From Gonapodya sp. JEL0774 (Eukaryota), in NCBI GenBank assembly GCA_027604505.1, contig JADIIX010000004.1:62001-126000 (forward strand): a DNA stretch of 64,000 nt, read 5' to 3'. The position numbers were made by a program, and so were the translations under genes. Of the stretch, positions 25,898-40,497 are shown piece by piece. A model generated the notes under the pieces. The model saw only the letters and a program-made list of their open reading frames with translations, did not search any database and had not been told where the DNA came from. Position 1 is the first letter of the stretch, and each line of letters opens with the position of its first letter.

Positions 25898-26710
25898 ACT
25901 TAGTGATCTGTCGCAATCCCCAGTACATACTACGCTTAGACACCGACCACCCATAATGGTTCCTAAAATTGCACGCTACCTTGTAATATCTAGGAGATTG
26001 GCACTCACATTCCGAATACTTGCCGACGAAAGACGTTCAAAAAATAATGTAAGGTTCACTCAAACTCTCGTACGTAGTGACTCCCAAAATATTGCAACTG
26101 GTGTGCGAATTGTGAGTCAACCATTTTGTATCGGCTTTCGATCGTGGGCTGTACATAAAGACAGCGTGGTGGTTTTGCGATTCAAGGTGGAGACAGCGAC
26201 CAGAAGTTGCACGAATCATTGGGGGGTCGGTCGGTGTGAAGAACCTGAGGTTCAGCCTGGGTCAGTGCGGAGAAGTACCGAAGTCTGCGTGCAGCCAAAT
26301 ATGATGATTGTTGTGTTTCGATTTACAATGCGTCTTCCGACGTGAAACTTCTTCCAACATATAACCCTTTCTTCCAACATAAAACCGCGGCGAGACTGAT
26401 CCACCGTGCCTGGTCTTTCGCGATTCCAGAGACATCCAGCTTCCTCCTTAAGATAATTAGAGAAGCGTTTCGGAAATACAAAGTAGCACGGTGTGCACAG
26501 ACGGGGAACCCCGAAACAGACATCAAAAACAGGGAGGGTCCACTTTCAACTGGCACACGCAAACTACAATTTTCACCCTCATTCGCTTCGCTCACTTCGG
26601 GCACGCAATAAAGAAGATTGACAGACCGGCGGAGAGCATTCTCCCGCGGAATCCACCAAACGATGAAAGGTCATATTTGAGCAGCGTTTGTTAGTATAGA
26701 TTCACAGATG

Positions 26711-29700
26711 TTATCGTTTCCCCCCATTTCGCCGCTTTCCGCCTTGATCCAACTTTCCCTTCAGTTTCCGTAGAATCTGCAATTGATTTAATGTCCGCGC
26801 TCCCTTCTCCCCCCGATTTTGCTGTGCAAGAGCAGCTGCCTGTCCTAATTGCTGTTTGGCTTTGGAATGGGGATTAGTTGAAGCAATCGAGACAATACCA
26901 GACTTTGTCTTCTTGGGGTCAAAGTGCTTAGGGACCTGAAAAGTTTCGCCGTCAGGTGTCGATATTGCGAACCTACAAATTGCATTGTGTAACACGGTGT
27001 CAGGCCGATGTGTAAAAACCCTGTACAAGCTCACCTTTCCAAGTTAATTGACGAAATCATTTCCCTCTGCTTTTCTTTCCATTGCTTTACAGCCTCTTTC
27101 CCTGCTTCATCCATTTCATCGTCGAGACTACCCGGGGTTGGATCCCAAGCCGCTTCACTGTCCTCGTCTACAGGGAGTGGACGCTTTTTCCGGGTATTGC
27201 TGGTCGCCTCGACCTCGGCCTCCTCATCAAGATGTTCGTCCATAGTGTTATCGTTGTCAATACTTTCGTCGGAAGATGGGTCATCGATAGGAGAAGGAGC
27301 GTCCTCTTCACCCCTCCCGCTGGTCAGCGGCCTCGCTCCTGCACCCCTCTTCTCCTCTTCAATTTCTTTCACAAAATCTCTCTTCTCAACTTCCCGGCAC
27401 CAAACAACCACCTTCCTCACCACCTTCGTGAAGAGAGCGAGAATTTGGCCAACCGGCAATTTGATCTCAGTTTCCACTTCTTCCACAGCCTTTCTTTGCA
27501 GACCCATTCCACACAACACTGATGCTTGCACAGGAGACAACCGGACTCCGGAATCCATCTCCTCGGACACAGGAGTTGATGATCCAGCCCTGCGTGAAGA
27601 GAATCCTCCTAAACAGTAGAGCGTTGCAATCTTGGGTAAAAGGTCAGCTATAACATGATGATCTGCCATGTTATTACCGTACTGCTCCAGCCGAGCGAGA
27701 TCGTAAGGGGAAAAACTCCGATACAAGTCCCTTCGACTTTGAATCGGTGTTACTGTGGCGCGAGTCGCCTCTGCGTCTTCAAAACTGCGACTGGGAACAG
27801 CCGCTTCAAGAATTGAGAGGCATGTAACAGCGGAGAAATGCCGAAAGTGAGGAAAACTCAAGAGCTCTGCAAAACGCGCTGCAAAGTCACGGGTGAAAGC
27901 TTCAATCCAACCCTGTCCCTCGCGGTCTGGATAAATCATCTCTCGAATAACAATACAGGTGTGCTCCCCAGTTACATCGTTGGCAGTTTGCCGCATGTAG
28001 ACGGGGCGAAATCCGTGTCGCTTCCAAAATCGATGCAGCTCAGTCGTAAGTCCGTATGACACAGCGATCCAATCCAATCGCGCGCCCGGGGGATTCTCGC
28101 GCGCTTTGCGAAGGAGAGGAGGGAGCGAAGCAGCGTCGCGCGGTCGAAGCGAAAGTCGCCGCCCCTCATCTTCAAACGCCCTGTCGTCGATTTTGCGAAG
28201 ACCCCCTTCCTCAACAAACGCGGCCCCTTCTTCTCCATCCTCACCACTCTCAATCCACTTGATGAGCTCATCCATGCATCGACTGCCATAACCCATTCCT
28301 ATGTACTCATTGGCAGTCGCAATCCGCACAACTCGCGCTCCTGATAACTGAGCAAAACCGTCATCGCCAAACTGCTGAGAGACAACCCAAGGAACCAAGT
28401 CACCGTCTGGACGGTGGCCGCGTGCGAGAGAGCGAAGTACAGTCGCACGGGAAATGGATCCCTCCAGGCACAACTTTTAGATAGAAAATATGGAATTAGG
28501 TCGCGATGGCGACTTCCAAATAGAGAGATGCACTGCCATTCATGCTCACCTGAGCAACAACAATGGGCTCTGGTACACCTCCTCCGCTCTGTGTCGGTGC
28601 AGTCAACACTGCAACAAAGTGTCCCGGCGCGTCCCCCATCAGCATCAAGTCGTTGGGAGAATTTTTGTAATGACCTGAAACGTACACCGAAACCATTTTC
28701 CGGAGAAACTGTTCAGCGGCAGGGTGATAAGAAAAGAGAGAGTCACGTGAGACGATATAAAGTTCACAGGCTGATGGATCTGGATAAGAAAGCGGTCGTA
28801 CGGATGCTTGTGGCGTGATTGCTGCTCCGACGGTTGCGTACGGGTCGCAACAATCCAGACAAAGAAGCTTGTTGAGCCAAGACTCGACGGGGTCTGAGGC
28901 AGAGTATCTGATTGGGGTGGATAGAGTGATTTCGCGGAGAGAACGTTTGGATAAGAATTGTCCTGTTGTTGACGCCTTAGAAGGCCCCGTTTTCGAAATA
29001 CCAATTGCACCTGGGCTGCTCCCTGATGATGCCTCTCGTAGTTCTTTGACCAACTTCAAGCTGAGACTCCTGCCTGTGCCTTCGTATCCATTAACAGTGC
29101 TAGACATCCATGTCACCCAATCCCCGATCATTGCCCGAACAAGATTCACAGGTATTCCAGCGGCTTCGTCCACAACTACCAATTCAGCCTGAGAGAGCAA
29201 ATGGGCATCCTGTGGGTGAATATACTGGATAGTCTGACGATGACCGCGATGAATGTCCAGACGAACGACTACGCCTTTCAAGGCCGGGTCTGTTGATTGA
29301 TGAATAGTGTAATCAAGGTGCTCTTGATATTTAAGGGCGTCAAGACAAACAAGAAGGTGGCGGAAAAGCGTGGGTAAGTTCGTAGGAGACGGTGAAGTGA
29401 TGAAAATGTTTGCATAGCTTAAAAAGAAGAGAGTTAGACATGTTTCTTAAGAACCAAATCGTCCATGCATAAATTGCAGGTAATTCACCCATACGACACG
29501 GCAGCAGCTAACGCCATTCCCATAGCTGCCGACTTGCCCCGCCCTCGCGCTGCTGTGAGTGCCACCACACCGCCTAAGCTCTTCTCAGCAATGGAGTCCA
29601 CGAATGTCAGCACAGCCTTCGCTTGGTCAAGTGTCTTTGCCAACCCCACCACCGGACCCACAGGAAGCACTTCTTTTAGTGATTCTTTTAGAGATGCAAG

Positions 29701-30533
29701 CTCCGGATTCTCAGACAAAGCAGAGGGGTTGGCGGGAACTGCGGAAATAGGAATCGACGAGTCTCGAGCTCCAGTTACATTGAGCAGGTTCAATTCATCG
29801 TCAACCACAAGACACCCTGCACAGTCGGCAAGACTCAAGAGAAAACGCTCGTTAAAACGACCGACCACATCATGGCGAGCCTCTGTCCGATATCGAGCGT
29901 GCGCGTCCATGGAAAGAGCGTAGAGTTTTTTCAGGGAGGACAAGGAGTTGAGGAGAAGGAGGACCAGTCCTCCACCGGAGACTGTCTCAACTGTGCGGGC
30001 GAGGAGATTTGGAGTAAGAGATTCGAAGTCCTTTAAATCAATGATGAATTTCACATGACGGTGGCGTGTTTGCTTCTGACTTTTCTCACCTGCAGAACAC
30101 ACATTCCGAATGTCTGACCCAGAATCTTGTCAGTTTCTTTATAGTAACAATATCGAATCTCAGTCGACGCCACAAAAAGTTCGAACGGGTCGTCCTGATC
30201 TGCGTCGCGTGTTCCTCGCTGAATCTGCGTCTTTATAATCTTCATCCGCTTCTTTCTGTGACTGGAGAACCCCAAGTCCTTCTTGTAACACCAGAGGACG
30301 GATGGGCGCGATGCAACCCTCGCCTTTGAAAGAATGAAGTGGAGATTTGGAACTTGGTCCCGGGAATGATCACCGACGACAATAAAAAGCTGCCTGTGAT
30401 TGTGAGCGACGGCTGCGTTGATGGATCCCACAATCCGGGAATCAAGTTTCTTGCGACGAGGTGCATTGGCTGTTGCAGTAAATTCTTCAACACGGGAAGA
30501 AGATGGGGATGGAACGGAGGCTGAAGGTGACAT
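26711..30533 (-). CDS. KRE33: RNA cytidine acetyltransferase (Kre33/NAT10)
   Basis: SVLWCYKKDLGFSSHRKKRM, LTAARGRGKSAAMG, NGYEGTGRSLSLKL, HYKNSPNDL, LSGARVVRIAT; ATG at 30533. Confidence 0.97.
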
Positions 30534-31410
30534 CGTTATCAGAAAGAGAAAACGCAGAGGACAACTGTGTGCAAACCAACTGCAGGCCCACAAATAGTCG
30601 TACTAGCTGTGAAAGGCATTTTATTTTCAGCTGCCATGTCATTACAATAAATAAAGAGGTTTTCTAGTCATGTTCAAAGACGAATAACAAGGTGAACTAG
30701 GAAACTATCATGCTGCTTGCAACAGTACTTGTTCCCACCTAAGTATCTTCTCCCACCAAATATGGTACAAATGCTACACCAGAAGCGCCGCAATGATTGC
30801 GCCTCGAAATCGGTGTCAGAATGTGTGAGTAGTTCGAGGACATGAGAACCCCTCTCCCTGATTCTAATTCTCCAAAAATCCACGTCAAAGCTCCGGAAAC
30901 ACGTCGTATAGTTAGTAGAATATATGTTAGCAAAGACTCCGCGGTGTTCATTGTGAAGAGTTCCGTAAAACAACACTTGTCAGCGATCAGAATTCTCCGT
31001 TCGGCTTTCTGGAATCAAGAGAGCTCACGAGAAATGAAGCACCACAGAAACCAAAGCTCAATACGACATTTAATATGAGCGCTCACAATTGCCTTGACAA
31101 ACAATCCGCTTCTTTCCCAATCAGCTTGTCGTCTGGTATCAGAACCATTACCCTCAACATGTAACACAACGCCCGGTACCAGTAAGTCTTGCACAGATCC
31201 TGTTTGAGTTCGCGAACGTTAATCGACGTCCGCGGGCACCATTCTGGGCTTGGAAACGGGAATCCTCCATGGAGGGAGTCGAGACGGCCCTCCCGGGAAT
31301 TTAGTCAGCGGAATCACATTATCTGCGATAGTTTGACGCGATGTGGTTGGATTTTTTTTGCGGGGGTGCTCTGGAATTTGTGTGACTCGGGTTGGAAGTT
31401 TGCCATATGT

Positions 31411-31966
31411 CAGGGGTCTCAAAGATGAAATTATAATGGGAACCAGCCGCCACCAAAAAATCATAAAATCAATTGGGGGTGCTCAAAGTTCCTCTGCGCA
31501 TTTCGCTGGGTCAACTCGGAATATCCTCTTTGCTTCCGACTGATGGCGACCAGGCGAGCTTGGAATGAGGGCTTCTGTCAATTCTCAGTAGCAATCAAGT
31601 TGTTTCACGAATACTCATGTGATTCAACTTGCCGGCCTCTAGGGCCCGCTGGTCCGGCCGCGTGCCGTCACCACGGCCCTGGACGGGCCCCCCACGCGCT
31701 GATCGCGTTGGAAAGATATACCAGATGTTAGAAGTACATTGTAGAAGTGCTAATCCAGTCGTAGATTTTTCAATTCGCTTCAAGAGACTGTTTCAAGTAC
31801 AGGATTCGCAAGTGTAAAATGTTTGCGAGTTGACGGCCGATTTTTCGAAACCGCCCCCCCACCTTTAGTGGGGGCCACTCGAATTTTAAAAATTGCAACT
31901 GGCCGCGCGGTTAGTTTGAATTAAAATTAATATTGTTGAACTGGCCGCTAACTTTGAGACCCCCTG
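31411..31966. mobile_element. Non-autonomous TIR element (MITE), hAT-like ends, degenerate
   Basis: Left end CAGGGGTCTCAAAG (31411-31424). Right end CTTTGAGACCCCCTG (31952-31966), with one extra C. Subterminal AACTGGCCGC occurs twice (31897, 31939). No 8-bp target-site duplication is visible. Confidence 0.55.
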
Positions 31967-32065
31967 GTCTGAGGAATCAGACCGTCAACGAGTTTTGGGT
32001 TCCCAGCTGCCCGTGCACCTGACCCAGAAACTCTGAATTCAGTTCCCCACCCTCGAATGGCGATT

Positions 32066-33292
32066 TTATGTTTTTCTGAGCACTCTACACCAATATCTCA
32101 TGTTCTCGACTTTACAAGGATAAACACCAGGGGTCGATTTGCCTCCTTTCACAGTTGCATTGACCCCCTCCGCAACCCGGTACCACCTGGAGTCCGTCGA
32201 ATAAACAGTCTCAAAATGTGGTTTTGGGTTTGATTTGGTAGGAGTGGCTAGGATGTCCAACAAGCGGTAAACGGGAACAAGACGAGCTGTTCCTGGAGAA
32301 GGAGAAGAATTGGCTTCGACCCTTTCAACGGGGCTCCCAGACACATGCGCACCCATGCTGAGGGAGGTGCGGCTATGAGGTGCGCGAGGTTCTGATTTGC
32401 CAGCAGATTTGCTGTTTGCGTTACCGTCCACGGCAGTTTTCGTGACCTGTAAGTCTGAGAAGGTGCCGCTCGAGTCCGCACAGACAAGCAAAGCACCGCG
32501 TCTCATTTTTTCCACAAGTCCCTCAATGACCTTGACTGTGTCCTTTTTAGAGCTTTGAAACAGTTCATTCAGTGTGAAAAGGAGGGTGACGATCGAGGCA
32601 GAAGATATAATGTCAACGTGCGACTCGGTGTAGTTGTTTTCACATCCACCGGGAGAGAAAATGTTGAGAATATTGGCTTTCTCAAACTTGAAGTCAATTT
32701 CCTCCTTTTTCACACCCCATGTAGTCCGAATGCTGGATTCCAGTGCAGCTAACACCATCGAGTAGTCCGCATAGTCCACCATTCGGATTGTTAGTTGCCG
32801 TCCGACGCGTCCTCTAGTAATGGATGTTGTTCCAAACAAAGTCGGGGACTCATTTGAAGAGGACGAAAGACCTTCTTTACCGTTCCGGTTGTTCCCGTTC
32901 CGCACCTGGAGAGCAAGAGCGGTGAGCCCTAGCATCTCACTACCGCATCCACCACCCAGACAACAGATCTCAAGCTTTTCACCGCATGGGTTCTCAAAAA
33001 CTTCTCGAAGCTGCTCGACGGATCCAAACAAGTCCGCGTATCCCAGGGCTCTCCCCGGAACGTACTCTGCAGAGTACACCGCTAATCGCTCCGGATGCAA
33101 CGGATCGTTGAAAATTGCATCATATTCGCGCAATGTGAAAAGGTATTTGATGGTGCGAAGGGTGTCTGAGTAAGAGAAGGACTGCGCGTTGTGTGGAGGA
33201 AGCCGCAGCTGACGTGGGGAATCATCGGGGGGGAAGACACCGAGTGCTAAGAATGTTGTCTTCAGGATATGCAATGCCTGAGAGTCGGACAT
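32066..33292 (-). CDS. BMT6: 25S rRNA uracil-N3 methyltransferase, Bmt6-like (DUF3115)
   Basis: Single 408-aa ORF with REYDAIF...LAVYSAEYVPGRALGY, the SAM motif CLGGGCGSE, and LLFTLNELF...LLVCADSSGTFS. Confidence 0.75.
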   Translation of the reverse strand: MSDSQALHILKTTFLALGVFPPDDSPRQLRLPPHNAQSFSYSDTLRTIKYLFTLREYDAIFNDPLHPERLAVYSAEYVPGRALGYADLFGSVEQLREVFENPCGEKLEICCLGGGCGSEMLGLTALALQVRNGNNRNGKEGLSSSSNESPTLFGTTSITRGRVGRQLTIRMVDYADYSMVLAALESSIRTTWGVKKEEIDFKFEKANILNIFSPGGCENNYTESHVDIISSASIVTLLFTLNELFQSSKKDTVKVIEGLVEKMRRGALLVCADSSGTFSDLQVTKTAVDGNANSKSAGKSEPRAPHSRTSLSMGAHVSGSPVERVEANSSPSPGTARLVPVYRLLDILATPTKSNPKPHFETVYSTDSRWYRVAEGVNATVKGGKSTPGVYPCKVENMRYWCRVLRKT

Positions 33293-33519
33293 GGTGGGCT
33301 TCTGGCAAAGGCGAGGATGTTTCAGGTCACAAAAATGAAATTTTGTGCTGGGAATGTCCTGAAACTTTCAACAAGTTGACAATGCAATCTTCATATACAA
33401 TTCTCCACTCTGCAATCCTTTCTCAATAGTTCTCGCTCTGTGGCCGTGATCTCGTAGTACATGTGATCAAAATTTCTCTCAAACTTGAGAATCGCTACGT
33501 CAGAGAGGGTTGCAGTAGC

Positions 33520-34357
33520 TCAAAGCTTTGGGGGGAGACTGTTCATCGATAAACCGTCTGTTGATAGACCGATCTGGTGGCGTATCCATTCCCGGCCTTT
33601 GACGGGATCTAATAGTTCTTCTGTCACAAACTCCGCCATATCCAAAGCGGAGACAGCAGTGCCCCCTGTCGGGAACTCTTTCCGTGTTCGAAGTTGGCCT
33701 GTTGATGGAGAGTCATAAACCATTGGCGGACATAACATTGACCAGTCAAGGTTGGTTCTCTGTGGTCCAGGGACATATATCATTTGCGAGTTACTCAGAG
33801 ACAGAAAACTCGAAGCACACCTTTGCTTCCTCTAGTATAGTAATGTGATTTTTTGAATGCTCGACCAGGGGTTTTGGATAGCGTGGAGTTTGGTACAGCC
33901 TCGTGAATGGGACAGCATTATCTCCACTGGTCGGAACGAACAGCGCTCCCGCCCCGCCCCAGAAGAGCAATCTTCGAAGGCCAAAATCTTCCATCGCTTA
34001 AGAAACGGGTTGGTGTGGGCACTGTGATGAGAGCTCGAATCAAATCGATTCACCTTGACAGATCATTCGGAAATGTTTGATCCGAACTGCGATTTCGTTT
34101 TCGTTGAGAGCGGCGATCACACCATCCAAGCCACAAGAAACCACACGCCGCATTGCGTCCACGTTATCCATATCTGCCTCGACGACCGTCAGTCTTTGCT
34201 CATCCAAAAACTGGCGCGGAATCTTTGCAGGTGTCCTGACGAGCGCTGTGACATGGCTACAGGTTCCAGGCTTCAATAGGGTAGCCAAGATGGCAGATCC
34301 GACCTTCCCAGTGGACCCAAAAAGGGCATAATGACGCGGCGTCATTGGTCCTGGCAT
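33520..34357 (-). CDS. NAD(P)-binding flavin/biliverdin reductase-like protein (atypical SDR)
   Basis: ALFGSTGKVG...VTALVRTPAK, RRLLFWGGAGAL and LDWSMLCPP; three exons. Confidence 0.85.
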
Positions 34358-34603
34358 GACATGAACTCAGCTCGCCCACCGTTTCAACCAAAAACATCCA
34401 GAACTTTAATTTTTAAGCTGACTCTGGAAATAAAATTTCAATGTGATTAATCTGTTCTCTATCAATTGGTAACGCGTGACATTGTGGCAAGAATCAATAA
34501 GAATCAGGGTGAACAGTTTCTGCAAGCAACTTCATCCTCCACCCCACGAGGCGCGATCTTCAACGCATTTCAGGAGGAAGCCACTCTCGTCCTAGAGCTA
34601 AAA

Positions 34604-35577
<974 letters not shown>

Positions 35578-36255
35578 CTGAGAAAGGATCAAAATGACAA
35601 GGAAACGAAAGTGTTGGGAAGTTCGTTTGATGGTTGATTGAATGGTCCCGATAATACGAGGATGAAGTACAGTTAATGACGGGTCTCCTTGGATAGCGAG
35701 ATCGAGGAATAGTAGCAACGTACAACAGCGAGAAATTCAGACATTTGGGTTGATAAGCTGGCAGAATGGCTGGACGGACAAAGCAGAAATACAGCTGCGA
35801 AAGGATTAAAGTGCCTGAAACAGGAAATGGCGAAGAGTATGCGAAGAGAAATATAACTGTTTGTGCAAAGAGTGGCGCACTTATTACCAGCAAGTGAATC
35901 CGTAATAAAATTTTATGTAAAGTGGTTTCTATGTGATGATGTACCGCTTGGGCCTTCGATACACATCATGGCGATCAGATCCATCCAAATACGAATTTGC
36001 ACGATCTCATCAAAACTTAATGGCATGTACACAGAAAGCGATTTTTAAACGACAATTCATTGACCATCCACTAATGCCCGAGTAGGGCAGTGGCAGTCAT
36101 ACTGCCATTAGGGGCACGTCAGATTGCGATACACAACACGGAGACGTTGAGGGAGCGAAAATATCCGTTGAATTCCCAATTAATGAGGCATACCAGTGTG
36201 ACGGACAAGTGCCTGAAATATCCCTGCGCATTGTTTTGGGTTTCCGGAAGTGTTG

Positions 36256-37531
36256 CTAACAATGGTCAGGGACGAAGATCATTTCAAGCCCACAATGTTG
36301 GGTCCCACCCTTTGTATTCAAAGCAAATGCATCACTTGTACCAAGTTTCCCTTCTCTACAAGTCTGGCACTCACCAACCACAAGCCCCTCATTCCATGAA
36401 TCCATTTCCTCCATGTGTTCCGGTTTTAGTTCCCAATCCCACACGTCAGCATTCTCCTTTATCCTTTGCTGATGTACGCTTTTTGGCAGCGTAACGTAGC
36501 TCTTGTCGATGCCCCAACGGATTAAAAGCTGTGCCGGTGTCCGCGTTGGGTAGTGGGCTTCTTGAAGCTGAACGAGACGAGCGTCCCGGAGTTTTTCAGT
36601 TTGGGTGAGTGGAGAATACGCCTTTGTAGATGATACACGTGAAAGTTTCCGGGAATGGCGGAACAAAAGTTAGGAAGTTGTCGATTGACTCACTGCGATC
36701 ACGATTGAGTGTTTTTGGCAGAACTCGGCAAGCCTCATACGGGTATTAAATGGTGTTATCTTTGTGAAGCGATAAAGGCACGAATCAATTGGAGCATTCG
36801 GAGTTTGCATTGGGTTCCGGTCAGACTCTTTTCTGAAACACACCTCGATTTGGTTCACAACAGGTTTCACATCCGAATGCGCGAACAATTCCTCGAGATG
36901 CTTCACACCATAATTCGATACTCCGATCGATTTCACCTGCAAACGTAGATATGAACGCCATACACCGTTCATCTCGCGCTCTTGGCCCCCCAAGCACCTT
37001 GCCCTGTTTCTGCAGCTCAACCAGCGCTTGCCACGTTTCTCGCCGTGTAGCTTTCACAGGCGAGTGACTTGCAGAACGAGATTGTTCCATATCAGGAACC
37101 ACATGAATTAGGCAATGCAAACCCACATTAAATACAAGTCCACGTATTCCACACCGAGTTTCCTCATACTCCTCTCGAGTGCATTAATTGTTTTCTTGTA
37201 CCCCTGTTCTGTGTTCCACACTTTGGTGGTGATAAATAGTTGTTCCTTTGCGACACCACTCTCTTTTATGCCACGTCCCACTTGGACCTCGTTTCCATAC
37301 AAAGAAGCCGTATCAATGTGGCGGTAGCCTGCCTGTACGTCCCATGAAATGGATCGAGTGACGGTAGGTTGCGATCGGAGCTATCAGAGTTGTTCTTGCA
37401 ACATAATTATTACAAACCTCTATGGCCCATTTCACCGAGTTTATGACATCATCACCAGACGCTTGATAGACGCCGAGACCCAGCTGAGGGATCGTGTTCC
37501 CGTCGTGGAGTTGGATCGATGGATGTGACAT
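36256..37531 (-). CDS. Aldo/keto reductase
   Basis: IPQLGLGVYQ, GYRHIDTA, LFITTKVW, YVDLYL, VKSIGVSNY, AYSPL and LPKSVHQQRIKEN. Confidence 0.95.
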
Positions 37532-38399
37532 ACAAAATTGTATGACTACTAGGTCCAAGAGAGGTTATGCAGACTTCCTTTGACAGAAAACTGCGCACCG
37601 CTGGTACTTAATTTGATTTTTTTTTTTTTTGAATTTTCGAACCATCTTCCACCCTTTGCTCCTTCTTTTTTTCCCACCTCCTTCGCCCCCTCCAAAACTT
37701 CCCACTCCCCCCTGAAACCTCTTTAAGCACCAAGTGGCAGAGTAATACTTGCTAGTGACGTCACAGATACTTGATAGAGGGACATCAATCCAACTTTCTT
37801 CCTTTGCTGCAAGTGAGCCATGGACCTAGTGAGAGAAGTTCCATCACATTAATAATAAGTATTCCAGAAGACAGTCCATGAAACGTACTCACAGAGGTAT
37901 CAAAGGCAGCAAATATAATGATCATTTACAGCTCTGGAGGGGCAGCCTGGTACTGTTAGATTCCGAAATATATCAGAAATTCAGGTACCGAAATTCATGG
38001 ATTGAAGATTTCATGTGGTCGAATCACAAACACTACACAGAGCAAATTTAATTACTCACCCTTCTATGAGTGGACCAACAGTGTTCTTCTCATCCATTTC
38101 ACCAATATCTGTGAAACCAAATCCTACTTCCAACATTGGACAGAAGCCTGAGTGCAGTTTTATACCAATAGAAGAGAGTAAAGAGTGAAAAGTGAAAACC
38201 ACAACGTGGCTTTTTAAAACCCCCACTCACGGAGTTGTATCTGCGGTGGTGAATAAAAGATAGGGGATGTTATGAGACAGCTGTCTGTGCCCGTCGGGGC
38301 CCGCACCCTTAATCGAAATTCATCTCGTCAATATTATATCATATTTATAGGACCAATATTCAAAAATAAAATAATTCAATGATTCTTGTTTGATGAGTA

Positions 38400-38488
38400 T
38401 GTTGAAATTCAATAATGGTAAACGGTCACGATGTGAGTAATGGGGATTCGATGTTGAACCCAGAATCTCGGCGTTTTGAATAAACGGC
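38400..38488 (+). repeat. 89-bp dispersed repeat, copy 1
   Basis: Matches 53441-53529 in the same orientation with 6 mismatches by manual alignment. Confidence 0.9.
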
Positions 38489-39512
38489 TTGAGCATTGAC
38501 CGTGTCGTGGTCATTTCTGGGGGATACGAAAAGGAGCAGTGATTGAAATAAACACTGAAACTCGACCCAACGAACACAACGATGCCCACCGAAATTCTCG
38601 TCGCAACTGCAAGATTTCCAGAACATCCAATCGAGTGAGTGTGGACATTGGCACAGGACTCCGGCTGGTTTCAACAGAGAATGAGGTGCGGTGCCAAGTC
38701 GGTGGACGTCGAACAATTTGTCGCTCACTCATACTCCGAGCATGAATAGGTCGTTTTCACGCACTGTGTAAGTGACGGTGGTGAGTGCAGTTTCGCTTGA
38801 GTCATGAATATGCATTTAAAAAGATAACGCACGACGCTCTTGTTGAAAGTCACGAAGCGAGATCGCGAGGATGAAAGGGGGGAGGAGGGTCGAGCGAGCA
38901 CAGATGGAGAAGCCAGTCGCTGGAGCGTTGCATTTGCAGCCATCGCCATGAATGGAGTAAAGAGACTTGAACCCTAACCTTTCCTTCGTTGAGCAAACCT
39001 ACTCAGCCGCCGTGCTGGGCCATGAGTCATGTGAAATTTCTCCACACACGGGACGGAAATGCAACCATGGAAATACTAGAAGCACACTAAAGGCACATGT
39101 ATCCCTTTGTAAAGAAGAACCGATGAAGGAACGTTTACAGTAGTTGTGTCTGGCGAATGAGGTGTCATGGTATTTATATGTAAAATGTCCTATTCTTGGG
39201 TGAGCGAGCCAGACATGGGCTCCAATGAAAAAGTTAGTTGCATAGATGGAGACGCGGAGATGTCGGCAACTACTGCAAATTGGGTGTGGGTCTCCCTCGT
39301 CTCTCCCCAAAATCACCGAGGAATCTAACAGTTAGCCAGAACGCTTGTTGTAGTGGATCCGCTGCTAGTTCATGTAAATGCACTGTATGGACTGAAATTT
39401 ATGATAGTTAATCAGTAGTAGAATAGGTGCGTAGATTCGCGCCCACCATATACTTTCCAGCCGGCTGCCAGCACCAGCCGCGAGAAAGTAATTGGTGCAC
39501 AAACGAAATAAC

Positions 39513-40089
39513 ATGGATCCTCGGAAACCGTTTGATCACCCACGTGTGCCGTACGGCCAGCCTGCGCCCGCTGCTGGTCCCTACAGCTTTCAGTCACCCG
39601 CCCCTCCGCCACCGTACTCTCCCGTAGCTTTAGTACCATTTGCGTCCCCGGAATCCAAACATCAGCGGACATACTTTTGTCCACCAGCCATGATAACGGC
39701 GGTTCGGGGATGGAACGGAGTGAGAGATCGGTGTTTGACGTTACACTGCAAGACACATTCTAACCTCTGCCTAGGTCGCTGTTCCAGCGAACAAGTCTCA
39801 ACGCAAGAGAATAAAAATAAGTGTCCCTGGTGTTGATCCAAGCAAAGGACCATACCCAGAGGACCAGCGGATTGTGCACTTCATTTCGACATTTCTACCG
39901 CATTTCATATACCTGAGCCCAATCGTGGAATCGAAAGAAGAAAGGATTCACAAGTTCACGGCTGCATCGGCCCATTTTCTGGTCGGTTGGAATGAGCAAC
40001 TTCCTTTTGGAGTTCCGTGCACTTACTCTATTATGTCGCAAACAGGCAGTGAATCCTGGCCGAATAGTAAATGTCTATCCCGAGTCTGA
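39513..40089 (+). CDS. Hypothetical protein with a PPPPY-containing proline-rich N-terminus
   Basis: ATG at 39513. A 55-nt GT-AG intron (39720-39774) with a CTAAC branch site joins in frame to ORF 39874-40089. Confidence 0.45.
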
Positions 40090-40497
40090 CTCAAATGGTG
40101 AACGAACCGTAGTTGATCTGGAGCACGACGTGGCAGGGGTGGGCGGTGAGTGAGCAAGTCAAAATAGGCGTGGTATTGCCACTGGAAAATATGTTGATGT
40201 TATCCAGACAACGCGTCTGGTCAGACTGTCTATCAAGTAATTGTCGGAAGAAGAATCGATGAAGTTGTCCGGGCCATCGTTGGCGACCAGTCCTATCGGT
40301 TTCTGAGGGGGGAATGCTCTAGCATGGATCTTGGCTTTGGACTCACGTTGCGCTAGTGCTAATGTAAATAATCTCAGCATGTTTTTTGTAATATGGTATG
40401 TTTTGGTTTCTCCACAGAGAAGTGCTCGGTTCAAAGTTTGTCCGTGCCGATTAGCGGACACATAGTTAAGGAGAAACAGACCACCGCCACAACTGAC

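Noticed and set aside
26342..26611. IQ-like motif ORF (AARLIHRAW...AFRKYK)
   Set aside because: No ATG start, no convincing exon structure and only weak similarity.
26711..27034. Separate 107-aa gene
   Set aside because: It is the last exon of KRE33 plus intron sequence.
37617..37720. Poly-T and pyrimidine tract as a retroposon tail
   Set aside because: No element body or target-site duplication; more simply a promoter-proximal tract of the AKR gene.
39820..39840. CPWC followed by TGA as a redox selenoprotein motif
   Set aside because: It lies in the unspliced frame; the predicted intron shifts translation to another frame.
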